In this document: positions 51,232 to 64,000 of the stretch, in pieces
Numbering within the stretch: position 1 is the first letter of the stretch
How the letters are laid out: each line of letters starts with the position of its first letter
Made by a program: the position numbers and the translations under genes
Origin: Macrostomum hystrix
Taxonomy: Eukaryota > Animalia > Platyhelminthes
Assembly (NCBI GenBank): GCA_950097015.1
Contig: CATNEN010000014.1
Coordinates: forward strand, 868,001-932,000
DNA: 64,000 nt
Direction: 5' to 3'
The notes under the pieces: generated by a model
Database searches by the model: none
Told to the model about the DNA's origin: nothing
What the model saw: only the letters and a program-made list of their open reading frames with translations

Positions 51232-54070
51232 AGGCTGAGCAGCCTTAACCCCTGATCCTCAGGTTGAGCAGCCTTAACCCCTGATCCTCAGGTTGAGCAG
51301 CCTTAACCCCTGATCTCCAGGCTGAGCAGCCACAATCCCCTGATCCTCAGACTGAGCAGCCACAATCCCTGATCTCCAGGCTGAGCAGCTACAATCCCTG
51401 ATCTCCAGGCTGAGCAGCCACAATCCCTGATCCTCAGACTGAGCAGCCACAATCCCTGATCCTCAGACTGAGCAGCCACAATCCCCTGATCCTCAGACTG
51501 AGCAGCCACAATCCCTGATCCTCAGACTGAGCAGCCACAATCCCCTGATCCTCAGACTGAGCAGCCACAATCCCTGATCCTCAGACTGAGCAGCCACAAT
51601 CCCTGATCTCCAGGCTGATCAGCCACAATCCCTGATCCTCAGACTGAGCAGCCACAATCCCTGATCCTCAGACTGAGCAGCCACAATCCCCTGATCCTCA
51701 GACTGAGCAGCCACAATCCCTGATCCTCAGACTGAGCAGCCACAATCCCTGATCCTCAGACTGAGCAGCCACAATCCCTGATCCTCAGACTGAGCAGCCA
51801 CAATCCCTGATCCTCAGACTGAGCAGCCACAATCCCTGATCCTCAGACTGAGCAGCCACAATCCCCTGATCCTCAGACTGAGCAGCCACAATCCCTGATC
51901 CTCAGACTGAGCAGCCACAATCCCTTGATCCTCAGACTGAGCAGCCACAATCCCTGATCCTCAGACTGAGCAGCCACAATCCCTTGATCCTCAGACTGAG
52001 CAGCCACAATCCCTGATCCTCAGACTGAGCAGCCACAATCCCTGATCCTCGCTGAGCAGTCACAATCCCTGATCCTCAGACTGAGCAGCCACAATCCCTG
52101 ATCCTCAGACTGAGCAGCCACAATCCCTGATCCTCAGACTGAGCAGCCACAATCCCCTGATCCTCGCTGAGCAGCCACAATCCCTGATCCTCGCTGAGCA
52201 GTCACAATCCCTGATCCTCAGACTGAGCAGCCACAATCCCTGATCCTCAGACTGAGCAGCCACAATCCCTGATCCTCAGACTGAGCAGCCACAATCCCTG
52301 ATCCTCGCTGAGCAGCCACAATCCCTGATCCTCGCTGAGCAGCCACAATCCCTGATCCTCGCTGAGCAGTCACAATCCCTGATCCTCAGACTGAGCAGCC
52401 ACAATCCCTGATCCTCAGACTGAGCAGCCACAATCCCTGATCCTCGCTGAGCAGCCACAATCCCTGATCCTCGCTGAGCAGTCACAATCCCTGATCCTCA
52501 GACTGAGCAGCCACAATCCCTGATCCTCAGACTGAGCAGCCACAATCCCTGATCCTCAGACTGAGCAGCCACAATCCCTGATCCTCGCTGAGCAGTCACA
52601 ATCCCTGATCCTCGCTGAGCAGCCACAATCCCTGATCCTCAGACTGAGCAGCCACAATCCCTGATCCTCGCTGAGCAGTCACAATCCCTGATCCTCGCTG
52701 AGCAGCCACAATCCCTGATCCTCAGACTGAGCAGCCACAATCCCTGATCCTCAGACTGAGCAGCCACAATCCCTGATCCTCGCTGAGCAGCCACAATCCC
52801 TGATCCTCGCTGAGCAGTCACAATCCCTGATCCTCAGACTGAGCAGCCACAATCCCTGATCCTCAGACTGAGCAGCCACAATCCCTGATCCTCAGACTGA
52901 GCAGCCACAATCCCTGATCCTCGCTGAGCAGTCACAATCCCTGATCCTCGCTGAGCAGCCACAATCCCTGATCCTCAGACTGAGCAGCCACAATCCCTGA
53001 TCCTCGCTGAGCAGTCACAATCCCTGATCCTCGCTGAGCAGCCACAATCCCTGATCCTCAGACTGAGCAGCCACAATCCCTGATCCTCAGACTGAGCAGC
53101 CACAATCCCTGATCCTCGCTGAGCAGTCACAATCCCTGATCCTCACTGAGCAGCCACAATCCCTGATCCTCAGACTGAGCAGCCACAATCCCTGATCCTC
53201 AGACTGAGCAGCCACAATCCCTGATCCTCGCTGAGCAGCCACAATCCCTGATCCTCGCTGAGCAGTCACAATCCCTGATCCTCACTGAGCAGCCACAATC
53301 CCTGATCCTCAGACTGAGCAGCCACAATCCCTGATCCTCAGACTGAGCAGCCACAATCCCTGATCCTCGCTGAGCAGTCACAATCCCTGATCCTCAGACT
53401 GAGCAGCCACAATCCCTGATCCTCAGACTGAGCAGCCACAATCCCTGATCCTCGCTGAGCAGTCACAATCCCTGATCCTCAGACTGAGCAGCCACAATCC
53501 CTGATCCTCGCTGAGCAGTCACAATCCCTGATCCTCGCTGAGCAGCCACAATCCCTGATCCTCGCTGAGCAGCCACAATCCCTGATCCTCAGACTGAGCA
53601 GCCACAATCCCCTGATCCTCAGACTGAGCAGTCACAATCCCTGATCCTCAGACTGAGCAGCCACAATCCCTGATCCTCAGACTGAGCAGCCACAATCCCC
53701 TGATCCTCAGACTGAGCAGCCACAATCCCTGATCCTCAGACTGAGCAGCCACAATCCCCTGATCCTCAGACTGAGCAGTCACAATCCCTGATCCTCGCTG
53801 AGCAGTCACAATCCCTGATCCTCGCTGAGCAGCCACAATCCCCTGATCCTCAGACTGAGCAGCCACAATCCCTGATCCTCAGACTGAGCAGCCACAATCC
53901 CCTGATCCTCAGACTGAGCAGCCACAATCCCTGATCCTCAGACTGAGCAGCCACAATCCCCTGATCCTCAGACTGAGCAGTCACAATCCCTGATCCTCGC
54001 TGAGCAGTCACAATCCCTGATCCTCGCTGAGCAGTCACAATCCCTGATCCTCGCTGAGCAGTCACAATCC
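51232..54070. repeat. 2.8-kb 27-30-bp satellite CTGAGCAGCCACAATCCCTGATCCTC(AGA/G)
   Basis: About 100 tandem units. Confidence 0.97.
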
Positions 54071-54424
54071 CTAACAGAAGTTGCAGCTCTCTTCTTACCA
54101 TTAGTACAGATTTTTGCCGTACTTTGCCGCTCTCACACGAATTTCACTGCCCAGCTGCATCTGGGCTCTGTATCTTTTCTAAAAATCGAATTTTCGCTCG
54201 CAAAAACTTTTACTTTTGTTACAGCTCTGATAGTAAAAAAAACTGTCAATCTCTGTCTGGCCGGAAAGCGTTGCGTAAATTATTAAGCAGCCAATTTTAG
54301 ATTTGTTTTATTTAAATTATTACGAAATTTGGAAAATTTGTTTTATCATTCTGCTCTGTCGTCTCATCGGTCAGGGCGGATTTCGTGGCGTTCAACAGTA
54401 GAAATTTTATTGCTTGCAAACACT

Positions 54425-55032
54425 CAGTGTACTTGTCCCCGTACACTCACGGTGTACTGTCCATGTACACTCACAGTGTACTGTCCTTGTACACTCACAG
54501 TGTACTGTCCAGTGTACTGTCCATGTACACTCACAGTGTACTGTCCATGTACACTCACAGTGTACTGTCCTTGTACACTCACCGTGTACTGTCCAGTGTA
54601 CTGTCCATGTACACTCACAGTGTACTGTCCAGTGTACTGTCCATGTACACTCACAGTGTACTGTCCAGTGTACTGTCCATGTACACTCACAGTGTACTGT
54701 CCAGTGTACTGTCCATGTACACTCACAGTGTACTGTCCAGTGTACTGTCCATGTACACTCACAGTGTACTGTCCATGTACACTCACAGTGTACTGTCCAT
54801 GTACACTCACAGTGTACTGTCCATGTACACTCACAGTGTACTGTCCAGTGTACTGTCCATGTACACTCACAGTGTACTGTCCATGTACACTCACAGTGTA
54901 CTGTCCATGTACACTCACAGTGTACTGTCCAGTGTACTGTCCATGTACACTCACAGTGTACTGTCCATGTACACTCACAGTGTACTGTCCATGTACACTC
55001 ACAGTGTACTGTCCATGTACACTCACAGTGTA
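54425..55032. repeat. 24-bp plus 12-bp composite minisatellite CAGTGTACTGTCCATGTACACTCA
   Basis: Tandem units seen directly. Confidence 0.95.
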
Positions 55033-57373
55033 TTTGTTCAGATAATGCGCATATTTAGATGAGTAGGTCTCTGGCTGATGTATTCCTTCACTTATGTATT
55101 TACTTTTTTCGCGAGCGACAAAAATGTTCCTTATTCTATGCTACTACTAGTAAACTGAGTGCACATGTTTTTACGTGGTAATTTTGCAATATATTTTGTC
55201 TGTGCATTTTTTCTGAAATCCGAATCTCCTTATTCACTGGCTTGCCGCTGCGAGTCCAGTGCGGGACGTGGCGAGTTCCCAGTTGAGCAGCCCGGCTTTC
55301 CTAGTCCGCTCGATTCTATTCCGTCTGTCTCTACCTGGCTACCTGTTGTCTCTGGGTGCCGGCCCAGGCGCTCAGTCTTTTGTCGGTACTCCGTAAACTT
55401 CGCTAATTAATCTTATGCTCAAAATGAGCACATATCAGTTCAGCTGTTTGTATCCTTTACTCTGCCTCAATTGCGTGGCGCACAATTAGCACCTGTGGCC
55501 TAATGTTGATCTCAAACCAACTGGGAGCAAATACAGCTGAGTACAGAAGCATGCGGTTTATTCGTGTCTCTATATGCCAGTAAAATCCTGGAATTGAGCA
55601 TTCAAGAGTTGGTGAGTTTGAGTCTTGTGAGTACACTAGCAGCTCATGTGCTTATTACTCTGCAGTGAAGCAGGATGAAAATGGGCCGTGACATGCGGCT
55701 TTACAGAATCGTTTTGAACGATCGTTTACAACTCAAGTGCCTCCATCGAATGAAATGTCTCTATGAGCTCGTAGTGATTCAAAAGCCACCACCACCTCTG
55801 GCGTGCTGCAAGGCGACGCACTGGATTGCCGACGTACGAGAACGGATTCCTGCTGTGCACATCAAACTGCGCCACTTTTCTGCGTGACCGTGCCAGTCGG
55901 CGTGCCATCTGACCTTTTGGGCCTTATGGCTCGCGCCTTGCGTATTAACAGAAAGTTCATTCATTAGTTCATTTAAAAAGGCGTAAAATTTAATACACAT
56001 GGTGGACTTTCACGAAAATGTCTTCGGAAACGGTTTGGGAAGTATCGTGAAGTACGAGTAGGCAGTGGGAATTTGAAATGCCCCGTGGCCTTTCCCCAGG
56101 GGAAAACTTGCGTGGTCTACTGTAAATGATCAAAACGCTTCTCTAATGATTCAACAGCGTCTAGCGTCACGATCTCTGCAAAGACTCTAGCGCCTATCTA
56201 TCGAGCAATAATGGCGTCATCCGAGACGCGCTGGGTGGCTTCCTCACTCAAAGCGCTACAAAAACTCCCAGGTCTTATCGAGATCTCGAGGCAGCAAGCG
56301 CTTAATTTGAACATTTCGATGAGGAAATTCGAAACTAAATGAGGACTGAGAGACCAGGCCATTTGCTATGAAGCATGCATCTGTGCTATCACTGCATCAA
56401 GTTTCCAGGCCTTGCTGATGATCTCCGATCCTGCTGCTGTTTTTGAGTAGCATTCGCGGAAGACTGGTTCTAGGCAGACGGTGTCAGGAAATGCGGGTTA
56501 AGGCTGAGATCGCTACCTGGCGATAGCGCCCTGCTCACGAGCTATTTATTATGTTTATTGTGCAGGCATGCATGAGAAAGCAGTTCCAGCTCTCTCCTTT
56601 GTTCTCTTTGGATTCTAACACTGAAGCACTGCAATGCTGAAGGTAGCTTCCACTGCGACTCGGCTTCTTCGCCTCTGGCTGGCAGGTTTGTCTCACACTG
56701 CATGGCTGGGCTGCCTATGGTGGTCCACGGCTTAATACTTTCCTTGCACTTTAATCGCACACGGTCTGCGAGATGAAGCGTGAAGGTTAAGTAAGCGCCT
56801 GTGTCAATCGCTTCAGCAGAACTAGCTTGGTCTGACGAGTGTTTGCGCTGCTCTAGTAACAGTTGTACTGTACTGTGTAATAAATGATCAATGTTTCTTC
56901 TCCGAATTCTCGGAGAAGAAAGGAACTTGGATTAGTAAAGGTCTAAGCTTGGCGGATTGTGCTCAGTTGCACTTAGCAACAGCTCACGAAATAGAATATT
57001 GAAATGTTTTTCGAGAATCATAGTCAAAGACCAAGGCCTGGAACAAGGATCTCGCGTCGAAAATCTGTGGTTTAAACACCAGCAGTTCCGAAAGCACGCA
57101 TCATGCGCGTGGCTGCTGATGGAAACTCTCAGAATCCGACCTTGAGCGCGCGTGCAGCGCAGTCAATATCATGCAGCGCTCAAGGCTTAAAGGAGCGGAG
57201 TAATGAATAAAAGTAACATTTGTTGCTGAATTATTTTACTGTTCTGAAACATCAGTGTAGTGTTCTTACTTAGACAAAAAAATTGCTCGCTTCGCTAAGA
57301 AACTCTGAAGAAGCTGAAGTGCAAAGAGCATGAGCAGGCTCGCATGCCACAATCGTTTGAACTCCGCCTGCAG

Positions 57374-58937
57374 CTCTGGTCAGCGGAGTCGCGTTCCAGA
57401 CCGCTGCCGGCTGCCGCGGCCTGTTGCGGTCGGAGACGCCTCTCTACCTGGACGCCGGAGTCAGCAGTGCCCTCAGCGAGCCGGGGTTCGCCGCCAGCCA
57501 GCTTGACTGCGCCGCCAGGTGCGGGGCGGTCAGCGGCTGCCGGCTCGTCGTTTTCAACAGCCGCAGCCGCCTCTGCGCCGCCCTGCGCCTGTTCGACGCT
57601 TCTGTTTCGCCTGGCCCCGAAGGTACCCACGTGACCCGGCTGCTTGGCTTCGAGGCCGACGACGAGCTCTGGCTTGCCAAGAACTTTCGCGATGCCGTCG
57701 ACAAGATGAAACAACCGGGAAGCTGTGAGTCCTACACTCAACTCTGAGTCTTCTGCTCCGCTTTCAGTCCTCAACACAAATCTAGTTCTACAGTCAATTC
57801 TTTAAGTACTTTACTCAGCACTTAGTCCTATTCGTGCAGTGAGCTCTCTACTCAAATGGATAGTCACCCCACGCTGTTTCTGCCTTGCAAGTTTCAGCTG
57901 GAGCCCATTCCGGCCCAATCGTAACCGGCTCACCCAGTGCAACAGTTGTCAAGGACATTGTCGAGTTCCACAGTGAGTGGCTCCAGCGGCTTGTCTGGGC
58001 CTTTGCGGTTGGTAGCTGTTGAACTTGATGCTTGAATCCTTTCACTTTGCTTGCCCTGCCGGCCCTTGCTGCAGACAGCAGCTGGGGCAGGAACGGCTCC
58101 GTGCAGCAGGCCACCGTGTTAGTTTCCGGCTGCTACAGAGTCACGGCCCTCGGTGCCAGCGGCGGCTCATCGCCAAGAATCACGAGCATGGGCGCCTCAA
58201 TGGCCGGCAGCTTCATGCTGCCAGCTGGCGCCCGACTGTCCATTGTGGTCGGTCAAAGCGGAACACCTGGCCGACTGGGCACTGGTGGAGGCGGAGGCGG
58301 CGGCTCGTTCGTGTACAGAACTGGCGATAACTTTCTGTACCTGGCTGCTGGGGGCAGCGGAGGGGACTCCGATCCCTACACAGGTGAGAAGAGCCTTGAA
58401 ATTTCAGACAATGATTGTGCAGGTGGGAAAACGCGCCACTCCCCCACTTCAGCTAGTCCGGGCCAGGCCAGTGAGAACGGCAAGTGGCCGTGGCCGGCCA
58501 GATTCCCTCCCGGTGGCGTTGGTGGCCTGCCGGGGACGTCCAATTCTGGTGTCAGCGGCGTTTACGGAGGCCCCGGCGCTGGCTGGCTGAGCGGCTCGAA
58601 CTCGACGAAGGGATGTGCCGGCTGCGGGGAGGGTGGCTTCGGTCGCGAGGAGGGCTGGCTTGGCGGGAGTGGCTACTTGAACTCGGATGGCGGCTTCGGC
58701 GGAGGCGGCGGAGGCGGCGGAAGCGGCGCGCATAGCTCTTCTTCGGACGGGGCCGGTGGAGGCGGCGGTGGCTTCAGCGGAGGAGCGTCCGCCAGGTCTA
58801 TTGGCAACGGAGGCGGCGGAGGCGGATCCTACTGCGGCGGCAGCGGCTGTGTCGGAATCCATGGTGCATCCGTGAGCAACAGCAACGAGCATGGACTCGT
58901 GAGCTTGCGGCTGCTGAATCCAGGCGAATGCGTGTGA
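57374..58937 (+). CDS. Probably secreted PAN/apple-domain plus ALK/LTK-type glycine-rich domain protein (start exon not identified)
   Basis: Phase-1 exons 57374-57724 (SQLDCAARCGAVSGCRLVVFNSRSRLC, PAN cysteine pattern), 57898-57972 and 58075-58937 (QQATVLVSGCYRVTALGASGG..LSIVVGQSG..GGGGGGSFVY..LAAGGSGG..GGFGGGGG, TGA). No transmembrane or kinase segment. Confidence 0.75.
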
Positions 58938-59324
58938 GCGTCTGGCCCGCTCTGTGGCTTAGCAACACATGCCTGAAAAATTATCCGCTTGTGGGCAACA
59001 ACCTTGACCCAAATCTCTATTGTGTAGTTGACACTGACACCAATGTCCCCAGTGTTGTTGGTGGCTTTAACTAGGCGCTGTAAAGTTCATAAATTGAAGC
59101 ATTGGTTTGTACAATAATGTTGTGAGCTCCCACCTAATATAGAGGCCTCAACTAAACTTAGCTGGTGAATTTTCGCAGCATTCAAAGCGTCGCGATCTCG
59201 CTCGCATTAATAACTGTCGGAATGCTTTGCTCACGAGAGTCGCAATTCTCTAGCCAGTCAGCTGCTCTGTTTAAACTTTCGTCTAAACGCTCGCTTGTGA
59301 AAATTTTATCTACTGGCTAGAGAA

Positions 59325-59750
59325 GGAGCCGGCTGCTGAGGGGAAGGAGCCGGGTGCTGAGGGGAAGGAGCCGGCTGCTGAGGGGAAGGAGCCGGCTGCT
59401 GAGGGGAAGGAGCCGGCTGCTGAGGGGAAGGAGCCGGGTGCTGAGGGGAAGGAGCCGGGTGCTGAGGGGAAGGAGCCGGGTGTTGTGGGGAAGGAGCCGG
59501 GTGCTGAGGGGAAGGAGCCAGGTGTTGTGGGGAAGGAGCCGGGTGCTGAGGGGAAGGAGCCGGGTGCTGAGGGGAAGGAGCCAGGTGTTGTGGGGAAGGA
59601 GCCGGGTGCTGAGGGGAAGGAGCCAGGTGTTGTGGGGAAGGAGCCGGGTGCTGAGGGGAAGGAGCCGGGTGCTGTGGGGAAGGAGCCGGGTGTTGTGGGG
59701 AAGGAGCCGGGTGCTGAGGGGAAGGAGCCGGCTGCTGAGGGGAAGGAGCT
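59325..59750. repeat. 21-bp minisatellite GGAAGGAGCCGGGTGCTGAGG
   Basis: Tandem units. Source of spurious ORFs 59306-59911. Confidence 0.95.
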
Positions 59751-59769
59751 GGAGGCATCAGCAGCTTGT

Positions 59770-62700
59770 GGGCAGCATTTTCGTGTCCAGGGCCAAGTCC
59801 GATAGCACGTAGCTCTACGCCCCAGTTTGGCACTGATACTGCCTGGCGATTGTGCCGTGCCAGTGCTTGAAATACCAGCGGGCTAACGGCGGCACTCACA
59901 TCATCATCCAAGAGACATTATCCGGGCCCTCCTGAGCGCGTTAGTTGCTCGAGGCAAACAGAACTCGCGACTTGGATCAAGGCGCGAAGCTGTTATTTGA
60001 CATGCTCTGCATAATATCCACACGGGAATGGAGAGTGAAGCTAGAAAGAGCCCGTTTCTTAGAAACTAAATCTATGAACGCTGGCAGAAATACCGTCTGC
60101 ACCGTCAGCCCGTCAGCGGATCAGCAGCGCCCCAAGCAGCCAGTATGACAACGTCTGTGAGCAGCACCAGCAGAATCACAGCGAACAGGGGCGAGTCCTT
60201 GATGGCCTGAAGATTTTGTTTGCGGAACAGAATTTATTTCGCCTAAAATGTCCCAGAGAGTATGGAGGAGCAGAGAATCGTCGTCCATTGTCAATTCTTT
60301 CTTGTGAAGGAACAATGCAATAAATTTTTCCAGCAGCAAGAGTCTCTCGGCTCACCACCCTGCGCAGCTTGATGTTGGTGAAGATGCGGTCTTGGCCAGC
60401 ATGGCGCCGAAGGCAGCGGAGTAGCCGAGAGTCAGCAGAGCCGTCTGGGCCCAGCACCTGGGTCAGCAGAGCCGCCAAGTGCTCACTGGTCAGTGGGAGT
60501 TCACGGCCATCACTATGCAGGGTTAGGGTTCATATTGTTCACCAGAGGACTGCTCATCTTGATGAGGCGCAGCTCCCTGAAGTGAAAATTGACTGCCACC
60601 GCCGCCACGGACAGCGCGATGCAACTGAGGAGGTCGCGACGATGCCGACGCCGCCTGGTCTGCCCAGCTGAAGCGTTTCAATCAGCAGATCCGGCGCGTC
60701 CAGTGGTTGTGAGCCGCCTGTTATTGGGAGTTTTTAGATGATTTTGACGAAGTTAAATTTTCTGATTTCCACAGCTAAGTCACTAGTTAACTTCCCACCT
60801 GGGAACCAAAAGTCTGCCGTCCAGTTGAGCACGCTGGAAATCGGGTCGTACGTCCCCACAAGGTTGCGGGTCAGATCTGCGGGCATTGTGCGAGTTTATG
60901 TCTTCATAAAAGACTATATTTCCTGTGACAAACAAACGAGCCTCAAAATAATTTTCTTCTGACTTCTTAGCTGGTAGATCATCACGACGGACGTCCTGTC
61001 TCCATTCGTGTCGAAAACAACTCGGCCCTGAAATTGAAAGCCTGGTTGTCATCGTCCGAAAGAGTGACTCGGCATGAGGTGCAGGAGGTTTCGCATCAAG
61101 GATGCTTTGAAGGACGCGTTGCTTAGCTGCAGCTCCTCGGTGTAGTTCCAGGACTGCAGCGTCTGGTTCAGCGCCAGGGCCGCCGACATCACCGAGTCGA
61201 AGCGGAGGTCGAAGCGACGAATCGTTTTCATCCAGGCATCCGCACACCTGTCTGGATAGTCGCTGAGGAACTGGGTGTACAGAGTCGGGACAGGAGTCCG
61301 GGATAATCGTGTTGGTGAATGGAAGGCTGAACTGAATCCAGAAGTATTTTGGACCGTAGGCTGCGAGCTTCTTTAGCTGAGTGGTTTGCGAGGCAGTGGC
61401 AACTGATGTTGTTTGTGTGAGGGCTTCAGAATGCCAATCACATCTAAAATAGTCAAGCTAGCGCTGGCGGGTGACAGCTCTCACCAAAGTGCGTGTCAGA
61501 TCCCGGAAGCGGGCGAACAGTGAATCACTCACCGCGCACTCGAACCTCTTTCCCGGGGTCTCCTGGCTGCCGACGCGCACAATGATGAAGATCCTGATGT
61601 CACTCTTCTGCAAGGGCGGATCACTTAACTAATTAATTTAAACTGGAGACAGCTTCGATAGAAGTTGAGATAATCGGACCGCTTACCAGCATGTTTAGTA
61701 TAGAGTCTGTCACGTCTCCGCTATAGATCATCTTCTGATAGTTGGTTAGGTTGTTCTGAATGAGGGCCGCCTCGAGCTGCAGGGCCACCTGAGATTTTAT
61801 AAAACAGTTGTGCGGGATGAAATTGGATACTGAACATGGAATATTGAATTGAAAGAATTGAAGAAAGAATTCAATAATTGAAACCAATTAGCAACCGAAT
61901 CACGACAGAGAGTTGGAAATCTCACAGGATAGACCACTTCGAAGTCTGTGGTGATGAGGCCAATCTTTTTCCAGCCGAATTTTTCAATCACCTCTTGGTG
62001 GGCTGCACAAACAGGCTGCTGGTGATGGGCAAGCGGATGTAGTAGGGGTAGGACGCCTTGTCACTCAGCGCTGGAGACGTGTTGGACATGCCGATCTATC
62101 AGGGTTTGTATTGGCGAATTGCGAACGTAAAGTAATATGCAACAGCACTAACTGACTTACGCTCCGTGTATACTCCTCACTTTTTGTCCTTCAATCCACA
62201 GGGGCATGTCCTTCAATTGACGAAACTAAACCCTGCCATGGTCTATAAATAGAGAAGGAAAAATACATCTATGCTCCATCAATGAATAAAGGGAAATCCT
62301 CCATGGTCCAGGGTAAACCCCTCCATGGTTCATCCATCGATAAGGTAAACCCTCTATGGTTCATCCATCAATAAGGTAAACCCTCCATGGTTCATCCATC
62401 GATTGTGGAGAATCCCTCCCATGGTCTATCAAGCGATTGCCGAAAATCTCTCCCTCGGTCCATCAATCAATTGTGGAAAACCACTCTATTTTCAATCAAT
62501 CGATAATGTAAAACAATATATTTCAGTCCCTCTTCAGGTCCCCCTCCTGAGCCGTCTCAGCTCACCTCGGGCAGGAAATAGTATTTTCCAATGTCCGCCA
62601 CGATCTGTGACTGGTGCGAATAGGCCGCGCCCAGCACCAACGCCTTGTTGGGCGGCTGCAGGTAGCCGTCGATGAGCGCCTTGGCCGCGCTGAACATCCC

Positions 62701-63003
62701 ATCCTGACAAGCGGAGGCCATTTTTTAAATCGCCTGTCACAAGGCACAGCAAGGAAGTCAGTGATTGGTGCGTTAGTGATAGATTCTCACCGCTTGTGCT
62801 GTAAGCAGCGTGTACTTCATCTCGAATGCCGGGAACCGGTCGCTGATGTTATTTTTAATGTAGTTGAAGCTGAAATTCAACTAGTCTTCGTCCTTGACGA
62901 AGGCGGGCGCGTTCGAGCTGATGCAGAGCACGTTGACCACCTGCCTGGCAGAGGCTGGGGCCGCGGCCAGCTGCAGGATCAGGCACAGGACGATCCAATG
63001 CAT
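59770..63003 (-). pseudogene. GABA-B-receptor-like class C GPCR, disrupted (pseudogene or assembly errors)
   Basis: Signal peptide MHWIVLCLILQLAA. Venus-flytrap exons 63003-62791, 62703-62566, ~62095-61926 (LSDKASYPYYIRLP; FGWKKIG), 61788-61687, 61607-61533, FDSVMSAALALNQTL, VVFDTNGDR. 7TM motifs NFHFRELRLIKMSSPL, GYSAAFGAMLAKT, IFTNIKLRRV|AIKD..LAAW..DPL. In-frame TAG at 62883-62881 and several frameshifts. Confidence 0.8.
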
Positions 63004-63269
63004 TGTTACTACGAGTATAGTTACTATATATACCTTATACGAGTATAGTATAATTACTATAAGCCCTGTGAAAACACTGTCTGCGCTGTCCGAGCTCAAG
63101 GTCAAGCACTCGGCAGGGGAGGCCCCGCCGGTCGGTGAGTTGCACCCGCGCCTGCCGCTCTCCCTTGCACAGCTGCCAGACGCGGTGTCGCGCACCGTAA
63201 ATATTGCTGAACCATGTATTATGTACTATGAATAATGTAAATAACCATGCTGAACTGACAGCATCTCAG

Positions 63270-63560
63270 AGTGTTCGCCCACCTACGTGAGTCTGAGGCG
63301 GGAATGGGAGCACTCGGGTCTGGTCCGACTTGGGAACCAGCAGATCCGGTCCCGGCGAGCAGTTCCGTACGCTCATTTGCAGGGAAACCGGCGTGCCCAG
63401 GGATCCAGTGGAACTGGCACAGTGTTGCTCTGCGCAAGCCCATTGAGCTGGGCGTTGCAGTCCAGAACAGAAGTAGAGCATGTGGTGCTGTGGCAGAGTG
63501 CCTACAAGGCCGCTTGGCTGTCCGAGTGAAAAAGTATACTCCAGCCACCGAGCAGCCAGA
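63270..63560 (-). mobile_element. Non-LTR retrotransposon RNase H fragment
   Basis: CQFHWIPGHAGFPANERTELLA matches the WIPGH.G..GNE.AD.LA motif of LINE-borne RNase H. Confidence 0.7.
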
Positions 63561-64000
63561 CCTGAAGCCTAATATGCAAACAGAACATGCACAAAGTGCT
63601 GAACGGAAGTAGAGAACGAAGCTCTTTTGAAATGTAATTCGACATCAACTCTCATACAGTCCAGTTTTAGATAAATGTATCAAGGAAATAATAAAAATGG
63701 TCACCTACATTTCAAACCTTACACCTGAGGACAAAGCTTAATGGAAAAGGCAATGAAGTGCTGTCATGTGCTGTTCAAACAGTTATTAACAGTAGAACTA
63801 CCAAGGGGGGAATTCCCCCCTTGACAATGTTTTTTGCTGCACCCGAACAGAACAATGCAAGCACACGAAACTCAAGAACACGGGCCAACTTTTTGTTGCG
63901 CATCTTCTGAAACAAGAAACAAGTCACCAGCTCTTCAGACCGTCAAGATATTCAATGTTTCTGGCCGAAGGTCCGATTTTCCCATAAGAGCTAGTGTATT

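Noticed and set aside
51232-55062. CRISPR-like regular repeats
   Set aside because: The units are contiguous with no unique spacers, there are no cas genes, and the context is eukaryotic.

Overview
Eukaryotic, intron-rich animal DNA. GC-rich exons, minisatellite-packed introns and tRNA-derived SINEs suggest a flatworm such as Macrostomum, but that is inference only. In order along the window: (1) A tandem duplication of an ADAM-like gene on the minus strand (copy 1 at <1-7268, 3' exons outside the window; copy 2 at 12710-20363). Both copies have lost the zinc-binding HExxH motif, and their metalloprotease exons are hypervariable while the introns are nearly identical. (2) Between the copies, a 4025-bp element (8464-12488) with AGTAGT termini, 280-bp terminal inverted repeats and an exact 6-bp TSD. 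These are Polinton/Maverick hallmarks, but it carries only a PC4-like gene and a second small convergent ORF. (3) A four-level transposon nest: Gypsy A (20826-31070) contains a CCC-ended TIR DNA element (23418-30414), which contains Gypsy B (24112-~29075), which contains a solo LTR (27452-28095, TSD ACAG). (4) SINEs, including a tandem array of SINE heads. (5) A multi-exon PFTAIRE (CDK14/Eip63E-like) kinase gene (36599-50129, +). (6) A probably secreted PAN/apple plus ALK/LTK-type glycine-rich protein gene (57374-58937, +). (7) A lesion-riddled GABA-B-like class C GPCR gene (minus strand, ~59770-63003) and a LINE RNase H fragment. Most long ORFs in the supplied track are artefacts of tandem repeats. 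All coordinates were read by eye and no searches were run.
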